DNA of 63,032 bases, filler included, from Gonapodya sp. JEL0774 (taxonomy: Eukaryota): assembly GCA_027604505.1 (NCBI GenBank). It is 17 parts of 17 records of this genome, joined end to end, with 100 filler letters (N's around TTAATTAATTAA, not from the genome) between each part and the next. Parts side by side here need not be neighbours in the genome. Positions count along the whole stretch, not along the records: positions 11,170 to 14,788 come from JADIIX010001216.1; positions 14,889 to 18,507 come from JADIIX010001217.1; positions 18,608 to 22,224 come from JADIIX010001218.1; positions 22,325 to 25,939 come from JADIIX010001219.1; 13 more parts are not named here. The stretch is one strand, 5' to 3'. Every line of letters begins with the position of its first letter. The first letter of the stretch is position 1. The position numbers and the translations under genes were made by a program. The notes under the pieces are model-generated. The model saw only the letters and a list, made by a program, of their open reading frames with translations. It was not told the origin of the DNA and searched no databases. This document shows, piece by piece, positions 13,194 through 26,039 of this stretch.

Positions 13194-13684
13194 GGCGAAA
13201 GTTATGGTTTCCCCACTCTGATCAACATCACACAATCGGTGCAGCGGCGCGGCATTCTCCTCCCACCACCATTCTCAAACAGAAGAATTCAGGTTCATCG
13301 ATATCTAGTTCGAAACAAAAAACCACTTGATTTGAAAATTTGCGTAAGGGATCCCTCACTGGTGCTGATTTGGTGACTGAATCAATTTACATAACATCAT
13401 CAAATCACTGTAGAATCAATCTTCGAAATGTAAAGGAATGTTCCCATTTGGGGATAATGGGGCTCGGGGGAGCTACCGGTGACCGCAGTTATAGTAATCG
13501 GAGCTGGTCACGCGACAGCTTCGGAGAGCGCGTTTTACTGTCCCAGGCCACCACGATGCTGGCGACCGAAGAAATTGTCCATGGGGAACAGTCGTTTGAT
13601 CGTGGAATCGGGAAATACGACGGGCCGTGGTCTGCGTTGCGAGTTTCCAAAACTTCGGCTCGTCCATCCCGAGCCCTTCTGGAT

Positions 13685-14788
13685 ATGCCAGTATCAGCTG
13701 CCATCTTCGATAACTTTGTGTCTACACAAGCGTTTGATCCGGCTGCAGCATTTCCCTTTGAGGTGAATAGCCAGCCATCGCTGACGATCGGATTACCATG
13801 TAGTTTCTAATGAGCTTCACTTCCGACATTCCACCAGCTCTTCCTGCATATACTCGCGTTTCTCGATCCTTCGGAGCTCGTTGTTGCAGCACAGGTATCT
13901 AAATCGTGGAATAGAGCCGCGGATGATAACGGACTTTGGGACATAAAAGTCGTAGAGTTGTGGGAAGGTCAGGACAAGGTCGGGAGAATGAGCAAGATGT
14001 CTGTATACTCAAAATTTTTTCCCCTTTGATTCTTCTCCTGCTTTGTTTATCTTGTGGTCGCAATGTCGGGATATCAACGAACACAGACAAGGTGTATATT
14101 CCAGAAGAGTTCATCCAGATGCGCACAACAGGCTCTGCCAAAAGATCGTATTGGCTTTCACTCCATGTGTGTCTCCCCTAACGCCCTGCTCGATCATCAA
14201 ACCCTGAAGGATTGTGTTACACTCATCCCTGCCTTTCGATAGGACTCTCACCGCCAGACCATCACCGCGGAGGAACTCTGCTCCTTCACATGGCACGGAA
14301 GAATGAAAGAGTCGGCAGGAGAACATTTCACTTCGGAGGATCCCTGGTGGTTGGGGGAACCAGCCAGGCAACGTCGGTTCTTACCAGATGGGTCGGTTTC
14401 AGGAAGCTGGACGAGGCCGGGGGCCAAGTGGAGGTGCGTGACGATCTGTTTGTTTGTATGTACGAATCGCAGTTCTCACACATGTTTCCTCTCTCCCCAT
14501 AATCTCCGTACCCAAATACGTTCAATCGAAAAGATTTGTACCTACTGCGGCTGGCCGAAAAGGCCCTCCTGGTGCATTTGTACGGTGGTGGAACACGCCA
14601 GCTCAGATTGTTTCGCGACACACGTGAGTTACAGCTTTCGCGGAGACGCTTTGCAGACAACTGCCCATAGAATCTGATGATCGTTCGCGATCAGCAATTG
14701 GGGCTTTATTCTGCAGTCATGGTGAAGTTTTCTTCGCAGATCAATTCGTTACACATATCGAAATTCATATTCTGGATCGCTGTGATGG
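13685..14788 (+). CDS. F-box protein, multi-exon, 3' end near or after the contig end
   Basis: Spliced sequence AFPFE|LFLHILAFLDPSELVVAAQVSKSWNRAADDNGLW is an F-box. Downstream: ITAEELCSFTWHGRMKESAG...DPWW...NWGFILQS. Confidence 0.8.
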
Positions 14789-14888
14789 NNNNNNNNNNNN
14801 NNNNNNNNNNNNNNNNNNNNNNNNNNNNNNNNTTAATTAATTAANNNNNNNNNNNNNNNNNNNNNNNNNNNNNNNNNNNNNNNNNNNN

Positions 14889-15069
14889 CCACTGGGTCCA
14901 GATAAAGAACAATACGCTCAATAAGCTCTGGCGTTGAGAGTCCGCGATTGATGGCGGAGGGATTCTGATGAGACAACTGGGTCGAACGAAGTACAGACGT
15001 TGGCCGCGAAGTGGTCGATTTTGCCTGGAGAGGAGTCTTTTTCCCACCGCGAGTCTGAGAAATCCGCAA
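14889..15069 (-). CDS. Possible start of an F-box-like protein, truncated by the contig end
   Basis: GLSTPELIERIVLYLDP resembles the first helix of a fungal F-box-like domain. Confidence 0.35.
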
Positions 15070-18000
15070 GAAAAATCAGGAGAAGGCAGTGGACAGGAGC
15101 TGAAGCGGACCGTGGAGCCCACCATCGCTGCAGGAACAACATGCATGTATTCGGTTTGGACCTTCTGCACAGGTTGACTTCGACATGGTCGACATGATCC
15201 TGCGGCTCCAAAAACCACGAATGACACCATCTAACTCTTGACTTGCCGTTCAAGGCTGTTACCACGTCATAGTGAACATATATATCATGTTTTGGTATTC
15301 GATCTCTCCTTACAAGACAAAAAACTCTCGGCCGGAGCCATTCGCGAAAAGCGGCACGTGGATCTTCATTACATCGTCTTAGATATGGTATAGGGAATGC
15401 CAAGTTGAGCGCTGGGTTTGTGCAAGTTGAGGTTTGTATGTGGTAACAGAGAGGGAGCGTGAAGCCAACGTTAGCGCTCAAGCGGTATCTTCCAGCCAGC
15501 AGCATGCAAACAATGGTGATATAGAAAATATCGCTTGCACAATAATTGCAATATGCGCTTGCATGATTGTTGCCGGTCCTGCGGACTCGGTGTGGCGTTT
15601 CCTCAGCACCACACTCCCCGAAAAGAACTACTTTCGAAAAATGCATGCTCGATTGCGGTCGAAATATTCTCTCGATTGCACCACATTCTTAAAATTCGTC
15701 CCTTCCTGGAACGCCATTTCTCCTCGGCCACTTTCCTCGTCACCTCACTCACTCAACTTATCTCTCTGATACTGGGACCAGGCCGAGACATACATGTTCT
15801 TCGATCTTTTGTTTGATACATCTCGAGCGTATTCCCGCGGAGGAAACGGACTGATGGGCTTTGGATGATATGGATATCCTTGGTTGTCTTTGTTTTGCGA
15901 CACCGGATCATTAGGTCGATTGTTCTCAAGCAGCTCCTCCGTGAAGATTCCCGGCTTGCCACGACAAACTTGTGATTCTCTTCTAACCTTTTATTGTTGG
16001 AGATTGGTGGATTCTTAGCCTGATCCCGATATGACCATGGCGCCCTTTCTCACCCCCGGCCAATGGACCGCACAACACAACCCAAGCATCGCAATATTCT
16101 CGTGGGCGTGCAAAGTCTATTCTTTTAAAGAATGTCATTCCACTGGTCTTTTTCTGTGCAGAGGAAAATCACGAATGTTTGGAGAGTGAATGGTTTTGGA
16201 ACGCTCTACTTTCTGAGACTCGACACTGCTCGAGCAATTCTGTGTTAAATCTCCTCGATACAATCAATTGCGAGATTTCTCTCGTTTATTGTGTTTCGAA
16301 GAAAGTTTAACGTTTGGGTTCGCTTTAGTTGATGTCTCGATGATGCAGAATCGTGAGAATTATACTTTATGTTTGGTTTCAGGGATTGCCAAAAGACCAT
16401 GAAACGTTCGGAAACTCCTGTGGATTCGTGCTGCGGCAAGAAGTGTGGCCGAGCAACTGCGTCCACTCCGTTGTGCACAGCAGAAACGACCGTTCCTCAT
16501 ATAGCTGGTGTGACCCCATTATGATAACAGCCGCGGTTGCTCAATCGAGTCAAAACTCGGCGCAGATGAAGAATTATTAAACTCGAGTGACCCCCGTAAC
16601 TTCGTGGTCGAACCCTCCGAATCTGCGTACGGGAATTGGTGCGATTGATGTGACCACCTTGGCGGCATGTTTTGGATTTTTGGCGAGGAGACAGATTCAT
16701 ATTGGGCACAACCCAGATACATATCGATTAACTCAATGAGCAGGCGCTCTTTTACGACAATCTCTTCTCAGGGATTGCCAGTCCGGGGTCCACCTCGACT
16801 CCGCCTGCCGTACGTTTGTCCGAACGATTGGAGGCATCCACCCGGGAATCCGACTTGACTTCTGCCCATAGAACGCAAAATGGTCCTTCGAAATCAATAG
16901 CCCTACAGCGGCTATCGACAGGATGTGCTCTCGGTTCTTGTAAGTTTGTTTCTCTGCGCATGTCATGAGCCACTCATCCCGCCATTAATCCCACTTTGAT
17001 ACATTGATTGCGTACTTTGCTGGAGTGGACGTCGAATGCATGATCTCTATGATACACTAGGCGCGCAGTGCAGCCTGAATTCTTGTCATTCCTGCGTGCC
17101 TTCGTCGTCAATGCCCAAAAGCACCTACCGTAAAGTTAACCGTGATTGTTCAGTCGTTTGCACTCTCACATCAACTTCATGTCTTAGTGATTATTCTGGA
17201 GTAGTTCTTGCGTCTTAAATCTTGACGCTCAAGCCTTGAGTCGTGTGAGTATGTCTCCGTGGGTGTTTCATGACACTTTTATCAGTTTCCAGATAATCCG
17301 AGTGGTCTTGAAGATGAAACCTCACACAGCAGCCAGTGTGACTATGTTGAGTGATGTATCAAGGGGTTCAGAGCGCGATAGTGCTGCTCTTCCATCCCAA
17401 CATCAGAGGAATGACACGGGGAGTTGGGGTATGACAGTCAACCTGAAATGGTACCGTATTCTGGATTCACTTTCTTTACAAGATCGCAAAGCCGACCGTC
17501 TTCTCGCCACTAGCCCCTTCGTTGTCCTGTGCAAGGCTTCCAAGTCCCAGTCCCAGACTTCAGTCAATCAGTGGGAATCTGCCATTCAACTCTCCACCCC
17601 ACACTCACGAATACCGTGTCCATTCCGGAGTTCTTCTCTCCTCTGCGATCAAAATCTGTTCTCGAACGAGCCGAAAGGCATTTTCTTGATGTTGACGTCA
17701 TGTCCGAGTTCGATGTGTTTGGTCCGTGGAGACCACTTCCACAACGTCTGTAGTGCGGTACGGTGCTTTGCGTGGGATAAAGGAGGTCATACAGAAATTC
17801 GCTGAAAGTTGGTAGCGAAAAGATGGCGTGGGTGTACGGGCTGGCTGACGGGATTAAACATTTCCCTTTTTTTTCTCATTTCAAAATCTAAAGCTGTGCC
17901 TCTCCACCTATTGTCGTTGATCTAATTGTCTACTGAATGGGACCTCGTGAGTATCTTTGTTTGGGGCAGTGATGCTTGGATGCGGTGATGAGTCTTTATG

Positions 18001-21000
18001 TGAAGAATCTCTTCTTTCCCACCCGGCGGCGCTATCATCCAATTCAACACGCGAAATTCTACTCAATGGAAGCATTGGACGATATTACCATCTAGGGTGA
18101 ACTGAGGTTAACTCGTGTTGACAAGCCAGAGAAACAGCTAACTATATATGTACCGACTAATCATCTGGCAGTCGGATTGCAACTTGCTAGTTTATTACTG
18201 ACTACTGAAGCACCAAACTATTCAGCCGACCGGGTGTGCCGGTTCGACTTGACATAAGGGTATTGGTCCAGCTCTTTCTCTGCATTCGCCAATGACTTTG
18301 CGGGTTCCGGGTTTTGTGCAACCTGGACCACAGTCGGTGTCTTCGCACAGGACTTCGCACGAGTGATCGGACACCGAAACTCCTGCAGCAATTCCATCAA
18401 GGACAAACAAAAGATTGCCGAATCTGTGGTTTGATTTATTACGTCATCTCACTTTCCCGATTTGGAAGGTTGATCTGTCTGCCGGTTGACGTCATTCATC
18501 TTTCACTNNNNNNNNNNNNNNNNNNNNNNNNNNNNNNNNNNNNNNNNNNNNTTAATTAATTAANNNNNNNNNNNNNNNNNNNNNNNNNNNNNNNNNNNNN
18601 NNNNNNNGCTCTGTTTCAAATGAGACTGTATGGCAATGTTTCTCACGGTTTACCAATTTACTTTACGGACTCTTAGTCCTTGAACGGTTTCCGATTGCCA
18701 TAAATTTAATAGCGGCACCATTGCAGCTTTACACCGATAAATTCTAGAACCCCTTCTCTGTTAACGTTTATCGATATCGCTTTGTTTCTCGATATCGCTT
18801 TTCTTGAACTCGGCAGTACACAGTCCCAACTCAATCACATGACGAATGTTCGCTGATCAATGGGGGATCCTAAATTGCAGCTCAATACCAATGTGGAGGG
18901 GCTTGGAATCTAGAGAACGCCTTTGTCATGATTAACTGTCTAAACCATTCGGGTACTGTGCTCACTCACCTCTAGCGTGTCCGTTGAGATCACACGGCAT
19001 TTGTGTCCGCTGTACTCTCGCCAGAACTTCTCGAACAATCTGAGTGGATGAAGCCACATCGTTTTCCCTATATCTAACGCGCACCTCCACTGTTCCACCG
19101 GCTGTTACGTCGTTGTCGTGGTGGGTGATCACGGCTAGAGGTCGCGCCCGTTCAACGGGAAGATTGTCAATGGACCTTCACAGACAGATGAAGGAAAGAT
19201 GTTGCACTTTATCCAGAGGAACAGGAGATATCAAAAGGCTTACGTGGCGAGGGCCCGTGGGCGCAGGAACTTTATCGAAATGGAGAGAAGGCCAACAGTA
19301 CTTCGAAGAAGGTGGTGCGCAAGGTGAGGATATGGAGATCCCAAAGTCCGAGCGAGAGCAGCTATGATGATGATGCATCAGCTTACAGAAAAGCGAATAC
19401 GAACAAGCGTGCACTATATATCTTAACAAATCATTGAACCGTACGAGGTTACTCACATAACACATCTCAAATGGCAGAAAACCCTCCAATGATGTCCAAC
19501 ATTGAACTAGCAAACACAAGCACCAGCGACGTTGTATGGAAAGAACAGGAGCATTGTATAAGCACCTCGAAAGCACAGCAGCGCTCACTTTGATTCTCTT
19601 CAATGGAGGCTCCCAGAACACAATGTTTCGGTGGAGCTCGGGCTGATCGGGCTGAAGCACAACCACAATCAAATTCAGAACTTTACATGTCAAACCGAGT
19701 ATCAAAACAAGCCAGACTCACCTCATAATGTGTCCGCTGGAACAGTTCGGGGGATTACCCCAGTGTCCGTTGATACTCTCGCTGGAGACAACCGACCGCG
19801 CTTAGTAGATTAAAGCCACAATCGTTTCTCCCATGTCTAACAAGCTCAGCCACTGTACCGCACGGTTTTGGCACCGGCGTCGTGGAGGATGTCCGGGCCG
19901 GGGTCAGCGCCCGTACAGAGTACGGGAAGGTGGTCGTTGTTCCTGGAGACGAACCAAAATGAATCTCAGATAGATCTCTTCCGTGACTCTTATCACGTCG
20001 TCACTTGCATGAGAAGTCTCGACCAGCGGGGAACACTCCATTGGTTACCTAACATAAAATACGTTGTATAGGACGGCGACGGCAAGGAAAGAGCGGGTTG
20101 GCAGAATCTCAAAACGCAGCAACAACCCACCGTGTCGAAATAGGGGAAGATGAGCGATATGGAACTGGTGGTGGGCGGGCGGGAGAGGAATTGAGCGTAC
20201 AAAATCGAGGGTAGGACTTAGAATAATGCCAAACTCACCAAGTGGAACTACTTCTATGGTACTAAAAAAAAAATCGCATAAGGTATCCACCTTGCTCCAC
20301 TGCACAGAATCGAAGCGAGCTCGGGCTGGAACATCAAGAACTGTGTCAGAACATCATTATCCACCAAAGTGAACCCAAGCTATCTACAAACCTCTAAGAA
20401 TGTCCATTGAGAAGGTAAGATGGCGTTGATGGAATTGTAGAGTCGCTTTTCAAAGATGTTTCTCACACGAGAGGAACATGCAGGAAAAGCGACATGTATT
20501 GTTCCCCTCGGGAGGGCGGGGTCAACAAAGAGTGCTGTGGCATCACGTGATCAGTATGGGTCACTCCGTCGAAAGTTATTACAGTCGCATCATTCCGGCG
20601 ATAAAATGAGGCTTCGCTGAAACCCATTCGACGGCAAAACCATCGCCGCAATTGTTGTTACAGTGCTTCCCGCATCTTCCACATCACCTTTGACATCCTT
20701 CCAGCCCGTGCTGCCGTTTCAGCCCCGTATCTCCCACGTACTTCTGTGGGACCAACATACATTGCTTTTCTTTCTCTCTGAGATCCCAATTTAAGTTCCT
20801 TTTGCCGTTGTTATATGCATTGCAGGAGACATATGTTTCCACAGTATGTAAACCAATCAACATCTCCCGGTGGTCAAACTGTCTTGAATGAGGAGACCGA
20901 GACATAGCTATATACTGCGATATTATGCAATGCTTAGAATTGATTCTGAAATTCCTTTTCGCTGTTGATTACGTCGAGCTCAGTGGGTTCCCCGTTGCCA

Positions 21001-21043
21001 GTTGTCACTCTTCTAACCACACTCTCCCGACCTTCACCATCAT

Positions 21044-22224
21044 ATGTCTTTCCGATTCAGATCCCATAAATCCATAGGCCTGCACCTTTTTGGCCGGTTA
21101 TGTTCTGCTGCATCAATGCACCCATCTTTGTGGAGAGGCTATCGCGGATACTCGTCTGGATCGCATTACCCAACGCTCAGAAAACCTGTGAATCAGCTAC
21201 TACGGGACTGGAGCACCCAAAACACTCACGTACGACTAGATGACAGGGCGTTTCTCCGTGCTGAGGGGAAGGATGCAGTGAAATTTCTGCAAGGGTTGGT
21301 GACCAATGATGTGCATAAGTTAGACACTCCGGGAGAGGGAATGTACAGTGGGATTTTAACATCTACCGTAAGCGTACCGGCATTGACAATTCATTCTCCA
21401 GAATCTCTTCTCTGACCTCTTTGCAAACCAGGGAAGAGTTCTGTATGACGTATTCCTGTACCTGATTCCCGGCAACCTGACAAACCCCGCCTCACTCCCG
21501 AAACGCCCATCGTTACTGATAGAATGTCACACTTCTGTCGCCACTGAGCTTGAAGCCCACCTCCGGAAGCACCTTCTACGCTCCAAGGTGAAGATTTCGG
21601 ACGTCACTAGAGACTTTGCAACTTGGAGCACGTGGGGACCTGACAAAGGGGAATTGGGCAGAGGAATTGCTGGTTTGAATGATCCTCGACATCCAGAGTT
21701 AGGACTGAGGATCGTACTGCCGGCTGATGAAAGTGAGTGCAATACACAAATGCGGGGCTGCTGGAGAGGGTAGAAACATACTGTGTATTTCCAAGCTTCG
21801 TCGAGTACAGCCTTCTCCCTCGCTTCCTCTTCACTCTATCATCTCCGTCGGACTCTGCTTGGAATACCCGAAGGACCTTTGGACTTCCCCCCTGGGGTTG
21901 CCCTTCCGCTCGAATCCAACATGGATATTATGGGTGGTGGTTGGTCCTTCCCTGGAATGATTTCATTGATATATGAGATGTGGTTCATCTTGCTTCATGC
22001 TGGCCAGTTGACTTCAACAAGGGCTGCTACGTCGGTCAGGAGCTAACAATTCGGACTCGTCACAAGGGGGTGGTGAGGAAACGTGTGGTACCTGTACAGC
22101 TATATCCGAGTGAAGAAACGTGAGTTTAATGCACAGCTGAGGTTTCGTAAACCGAAGAACTAAATTGCGCTTATCCGATTTGCTCGTTGCAAAAGTCCTC
22201 CATCGCTGTTCGAAGTAGACCCTT
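21044..22224 (+). CDS. IBA57: Mitochondrial Fe-S assembly factor Iba57/Caf17 (YgfZ/GcvT family), 3'-truncated
   Basis: [29 protein letters not shown] and [22 protein letters not shown] signature; Arg/Ser-rich presequence. Confidence 0.92.
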
Positions 22225-22389
22225 NNNNNNNNNNNNNNNNNNNNNNNNNNNNNNNNNNNNNNNNNNNNTTAATTAATTAANNNNNNNNNNNNNNNNNNNN
22301 NNNNNNNNNNNNNNNNNNNNNNNNCAGGATCTCGCACTGTTCGGTCTGGGTTCGAATCCACAAACCCACAACTTCGACCAATTCCATTT

Positions 22390-23019
22390 TTATCCACGAC
22401 ACTCCTCCCGACCTTTGGAAGCCGCCGCCATCAGTGCAAGGTCGTCGCGTGAGTGTATGTCCGCCCCTCGATCCAGCAGCAACTGAAGGACCTCGAGAGA
22501 AGAAGAGCGCGAGTAAACATTATCAGCAAGTATTCTGCCACCTGCTACATGAATATCGGCTCCCTTGTCCAGAAGAAAGTGAACGATGTCAGGGTGGCTG
22601 GCGTGCACTGCGAATCGAAGGGCCTGGCCGTCTGCCGCATGAATATCCGCTCCCGCACTCAAAAGAGTCCGCACCACGTCGATGTTTCCGGCCTGGGCTG
22701 CTGCGGAGAGAGGGGTTCGCCTGCGCGAGTCTTTAGGCAACGGTGTGTTGAGGATGTCCAAAACAAGAGTCCGAGCACACAACGCCGCGACGACTTCACT
22801 TGCCCCAATTTCGGACCTTTTTATCTCATTGAATAGGGCCCGGGAGGGGTTCGGATAGTGGGCGAGGGCTTGTGTTGCGATGGCAGACGGAGTTCGGAAG
22901 AGTTCCGCGAGATGGCGATTGAGAGCGCCGGTGGGAAGCCCCAGGCGAAACGGGAGAAACTCGCCGATGACGAGGAGAATTTCCGATGGGAGGTCGCAAA
23001 GCGAGAACGGTGATGGCAT
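22390..23019 (-). CDS. F-box-like plus ankyrin-repeat protein, copy 1 (shorter, possibly truncated)
   Basis: LCDLPSEILLVIGEFLP followed by TPLSAAAQAGNIDVVRTLLSAGAD repeats. Confidence 0.8.
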   Translation of the reverse strand: MPSPFSLCDLPSEILLVIGEFLPFRLGLPTGALNRHLAELFRTPSAIATQALAHYPNPSRALFNEIKRSEIGASEVVAALCARTLVLDILNTPLPKDSRRRTPLSAAAQAGNIDVVRTLLSAGADIHAADGQALRFAVHASHPDIVHFLLDKGADIHVAGGRILADNVYSRSSSLEVLQLLLDRGADIHSRDDLALMAAASKGREECRG

Positions 23020-23766
23020 TCCCAGTTGTTTTGTTGAGGTCGTCCCTCCTTCATGTCCGTCAAGTTCTCCATTTTTGCGCGAAACTAATTACCGCCAGTC
23101 ATGACACCACCATGCGATGCATACAGTGATGAAATTCAAGCGACTCACTGAGGGAGTAATATTTTAAAGTGGGAACTGCAGCCTTTCAACTCTGTCGGTG
23201 GAGCCGGGTGGTGAGATTTTTGTAACCCCCACATGGTCGACTGCAGGATCGCAGTATGTTCTCCATATAAAATCTTTGCTTATTTGTCGTGGATTTACTA
23301 TAGTTAGATATAAGTGGGATGTTTGTCTGTCTTCGCTCTAATTTCGGAACGTTTGAGCATACGCACTTGCCCGTCACAAATGGTTTTACACATTTTACTC
23401 CAAGAACGGTACCGCTGGAACCGGCTTATCGAATCAACTCTGATTACTCACACCTTGCCAGATCCAATCTTGGACTGTTCTTTTTGTTCCGACAGAATGG
23501 AGGAGCGTGACGGTGATGCTATAGGGTGGAGGAGCAACTACCGTTCTGGGTTGGTACTTTTGTATTTTCCGACTATATGCACAACATGGGATCTTAGTTT
23601 TGTATTTTCAGTTATGTCTTGTGTTCTCATGCTCACGCAGACATATGCTAAGATATGACATATCGTACTGTTTCTCCAGAACTGTCATGACACTGGCCTT
23701 CAAAGAGTCCATTCGACGATTGATAGCTAGTGTTCCTATTTGCTAATGACCTCGACACACCTACTA

Positions 23767-24684
23767 TCATTGTCCATGCTCCTCGATGAGTTTCACAACC
23801 TTTTTGTGCCCACGCCGTTTTGCCTCTGCAAGAGCTCCGAATCTATCTCCCAGATGAGTGTCCGCCCCTCTCTCCAGCAGCATGCACACAATATCCACCT
23901 CTCCTGACCTGACTGCTTCCCATAACACGAAACCGTTCCTGCAGTTCACGTTGGCGCCACGGTCCAGAAGTACCAACACGCACTCGAATTGTCTCGCTTG
24001 AGCGGCTGTGTAAAGAGCTGCACTGTTTCTTGCATTGACATGTGCTCCTCGTGCGAGTAAGAAACGGACCGCCTCACAATGACCTTGACCAGCCGCCCCA
24101 ATCAACGCGAGTTCAGTGTCTCTATGTATCGTTGCAACACGATCCAGCAACAACCGAAGAACGTCGAGGGAGCAAAAACGAGAGGAGACACTATCACAAA
24201 GCATTCTACCACCCGCCACACCTCCATTGTCCAGAAGTAAGCGGACAATCTCGACGTGTCCTGCAGACGAGGCATATCGAAGGGCTTGATCACCTGCTGC
24301 ACGAACATCAGCTCCCGCGGAAATGAGAATTTTCACCACGTCCACGTTTCCGCCTTCGGCAGCCGCGGAGAGAGGGGTCTGCCTGCGCCAGTCTTTCGGC
24401 TCCGGTTCGTTCAGAATTCCACTCAAGTTGGCGGTCCGAGCACACAATGCCGCAACGACTTCACTTGCGCCACTCTCAGACCGTGTTACTTCATCGAGAA
24501 GGGCCTCGGACGGATTTGGATAGTGGAGAAGGGCTCGTGTTGCAATGCCGGTGGGTGTGCGGAAGAGCTCCGCGAGATGGCGATTGAGGGCACCTGTGGG
24601 AAGCCCCAGGCGAAATGGGAGATGGAGTCCGATGGCGAGGAGAATTTCCGACGGGAGATCGCAGAGTGAGAACGGTGATGGCAT
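23767..24684 (-). CDS. F-box-like plus ankyrin-repeat protein, copy 2 (305 aa, intronless)
   Basis: Same N-terminus as copy 1, with about 6 ankyrin repeats (…LLxRGAxVN…). Confidence 0.88.
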   Translation of the reverse strand: MPSPFSLCDLPSEILLAIGLHLPFRLGLPTGALNRHLAELFRTPTGIATRALLHYPNPSEALLDEVTRSESGASEVVAALCARTANLSGILNEPEPKDWRRQTPLSAAAEGGNVDVVKILISAGADVRAAGDQALRYASSAGHVEIVRLLLDNGGVAGGRMLCDSVSSRFCSLDVLRLLLDRVATIHRDTELALIGAAGQGHCEAVRFLLARGAHVNARNSAALYTAAQARQFECVLVLLDRGANVNCRNGFVLWEAVRSGEVDIVCMLLERGADTHLGDRFGALAEAKRRGHKKVVKLIEEHGQ

Positions 24685-26039
24685 ACCGAGTTGTGATGTT
24701 ACTACGTACGAGCAATGGATATATGACTAAAACATCCCAATTTCATGTCCATGAAGGACGAGTCAGCACAACACAATCCAAAAAACTACAGACGTATCAT
24801 TCCCATTCACCGTATTCGCGTTACCAATGGAGCACATCGCTTCTGATCGCGTCCAGCGTGCGGCCATCGTCCCGTGCTCCATGGCGTCCTTGAACTCAAC
24901 GAATTGGTCAACGGGACAGTCATCGCGACAGGCGGTGCACCCGTCTCCGCACATACTCGAATTTTACATAGAGGACCGAGCGATGGAAAACGGGAGCAAT
25001 CCTGGCTGAATCGCACCTGCATGAATGTGAGAGTTCGGCGGCTCTATGATCATTCAAGTACGTCCTGTATTCGACACCCTGTTGTTTTGCACAATTTCGC
25101 ACGACGCTTTCACGCTTATCTAGACTTCTATGATGCAGTCCCTGTCGCACTCGCTTCTGATATGACCTTGCCGATTGATCCTGCGACTCAGCGAGGACTG
25201 ACAAGTGGCATGAGGATCACGACGACAGCGTCCAACACCCCACCACGTGGCCGCGGTGGTCCAGCCAGGTGGAGTGGGAGGGAGTGGGAGAAGTATGCTA
25301 CCGTGAGTCTCGTGTCTGTCTATCCCATACCCAATCCTGTTTCCGTCCAACGCGCCGTCTCCGCCTCAACATGGCCAGCTCACCGACCCGCACCCCCTAC
25401 ACGCGAAGCCTCTCGTCTCTGGACTGCCGCAATGCCGAGCTGGACGGCATCATTGCCAGCACGCCGACAAAGCTCGTGGACCTTGGGCGGAACGGGCCAC
25501 CAATCGGCGGGCAGTGGCGAGAATGCGATGGAAGGAGGTGAGTAGGCGGTAGATAGAGGTGGGAAGGGATGAAGGGTGGTGAGCATGGGGCCGAATTTGT
25601 GTTTGTCAGCTGTGGTGGTGCAGGGGTTCTCACACCGTCCAGACCCTATCTCCTCAACCAACTGGCCGACTGGATCATAGACCTTTGTGGCCGCGGCGCA
25701 CGTGGCAAAGGCCGTGCTGGCGGAGGAGATGGGAGAGTGGAAGAGAGGCTGGGCCGTACGGGAGTGGCAGTTGGTCAAATTGAAGCCATATTCGGCCGAG
25801 GGGTATTGGAGGAGGAGCGCAGGGGTTGCGTGAGAAGTAAGGGGTATGTAATTGAAGTGTGGGGCAGCGGGGGGGGCGAGTCGGTCAGACACCAGCGACG
25901 CCCACGGGAGCCGGCGGGAGAGCAGCGGCCGGGGGGGACNNNNNNNNNNNNNNNNNNNNNNNNNNNNNNNNNNNNNNNNNNNNTTAATTAATTAANNNNN
26001 NNNNNNNNNNNNNNNNNNNNNNNNNNNNNNNNNNNNNNN

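Noticed and set aside
16733..16860. RWTPDWQSL resembling an alpha-L-fucosidase N-terminus
   Set aside because: No downstream fucosidase motifs, and the surrounding frames are interrupted.
19885..19930. Similarity to 54050-54095 (GPG..VQSTG)
   Set aside because: About 35 nt of partial identity in GC-rich DNA is likely chance.
24830..25939. Possible LRR-like or other plus-strand exons
   Set aside because: No consistent reading frame or domain could be established.
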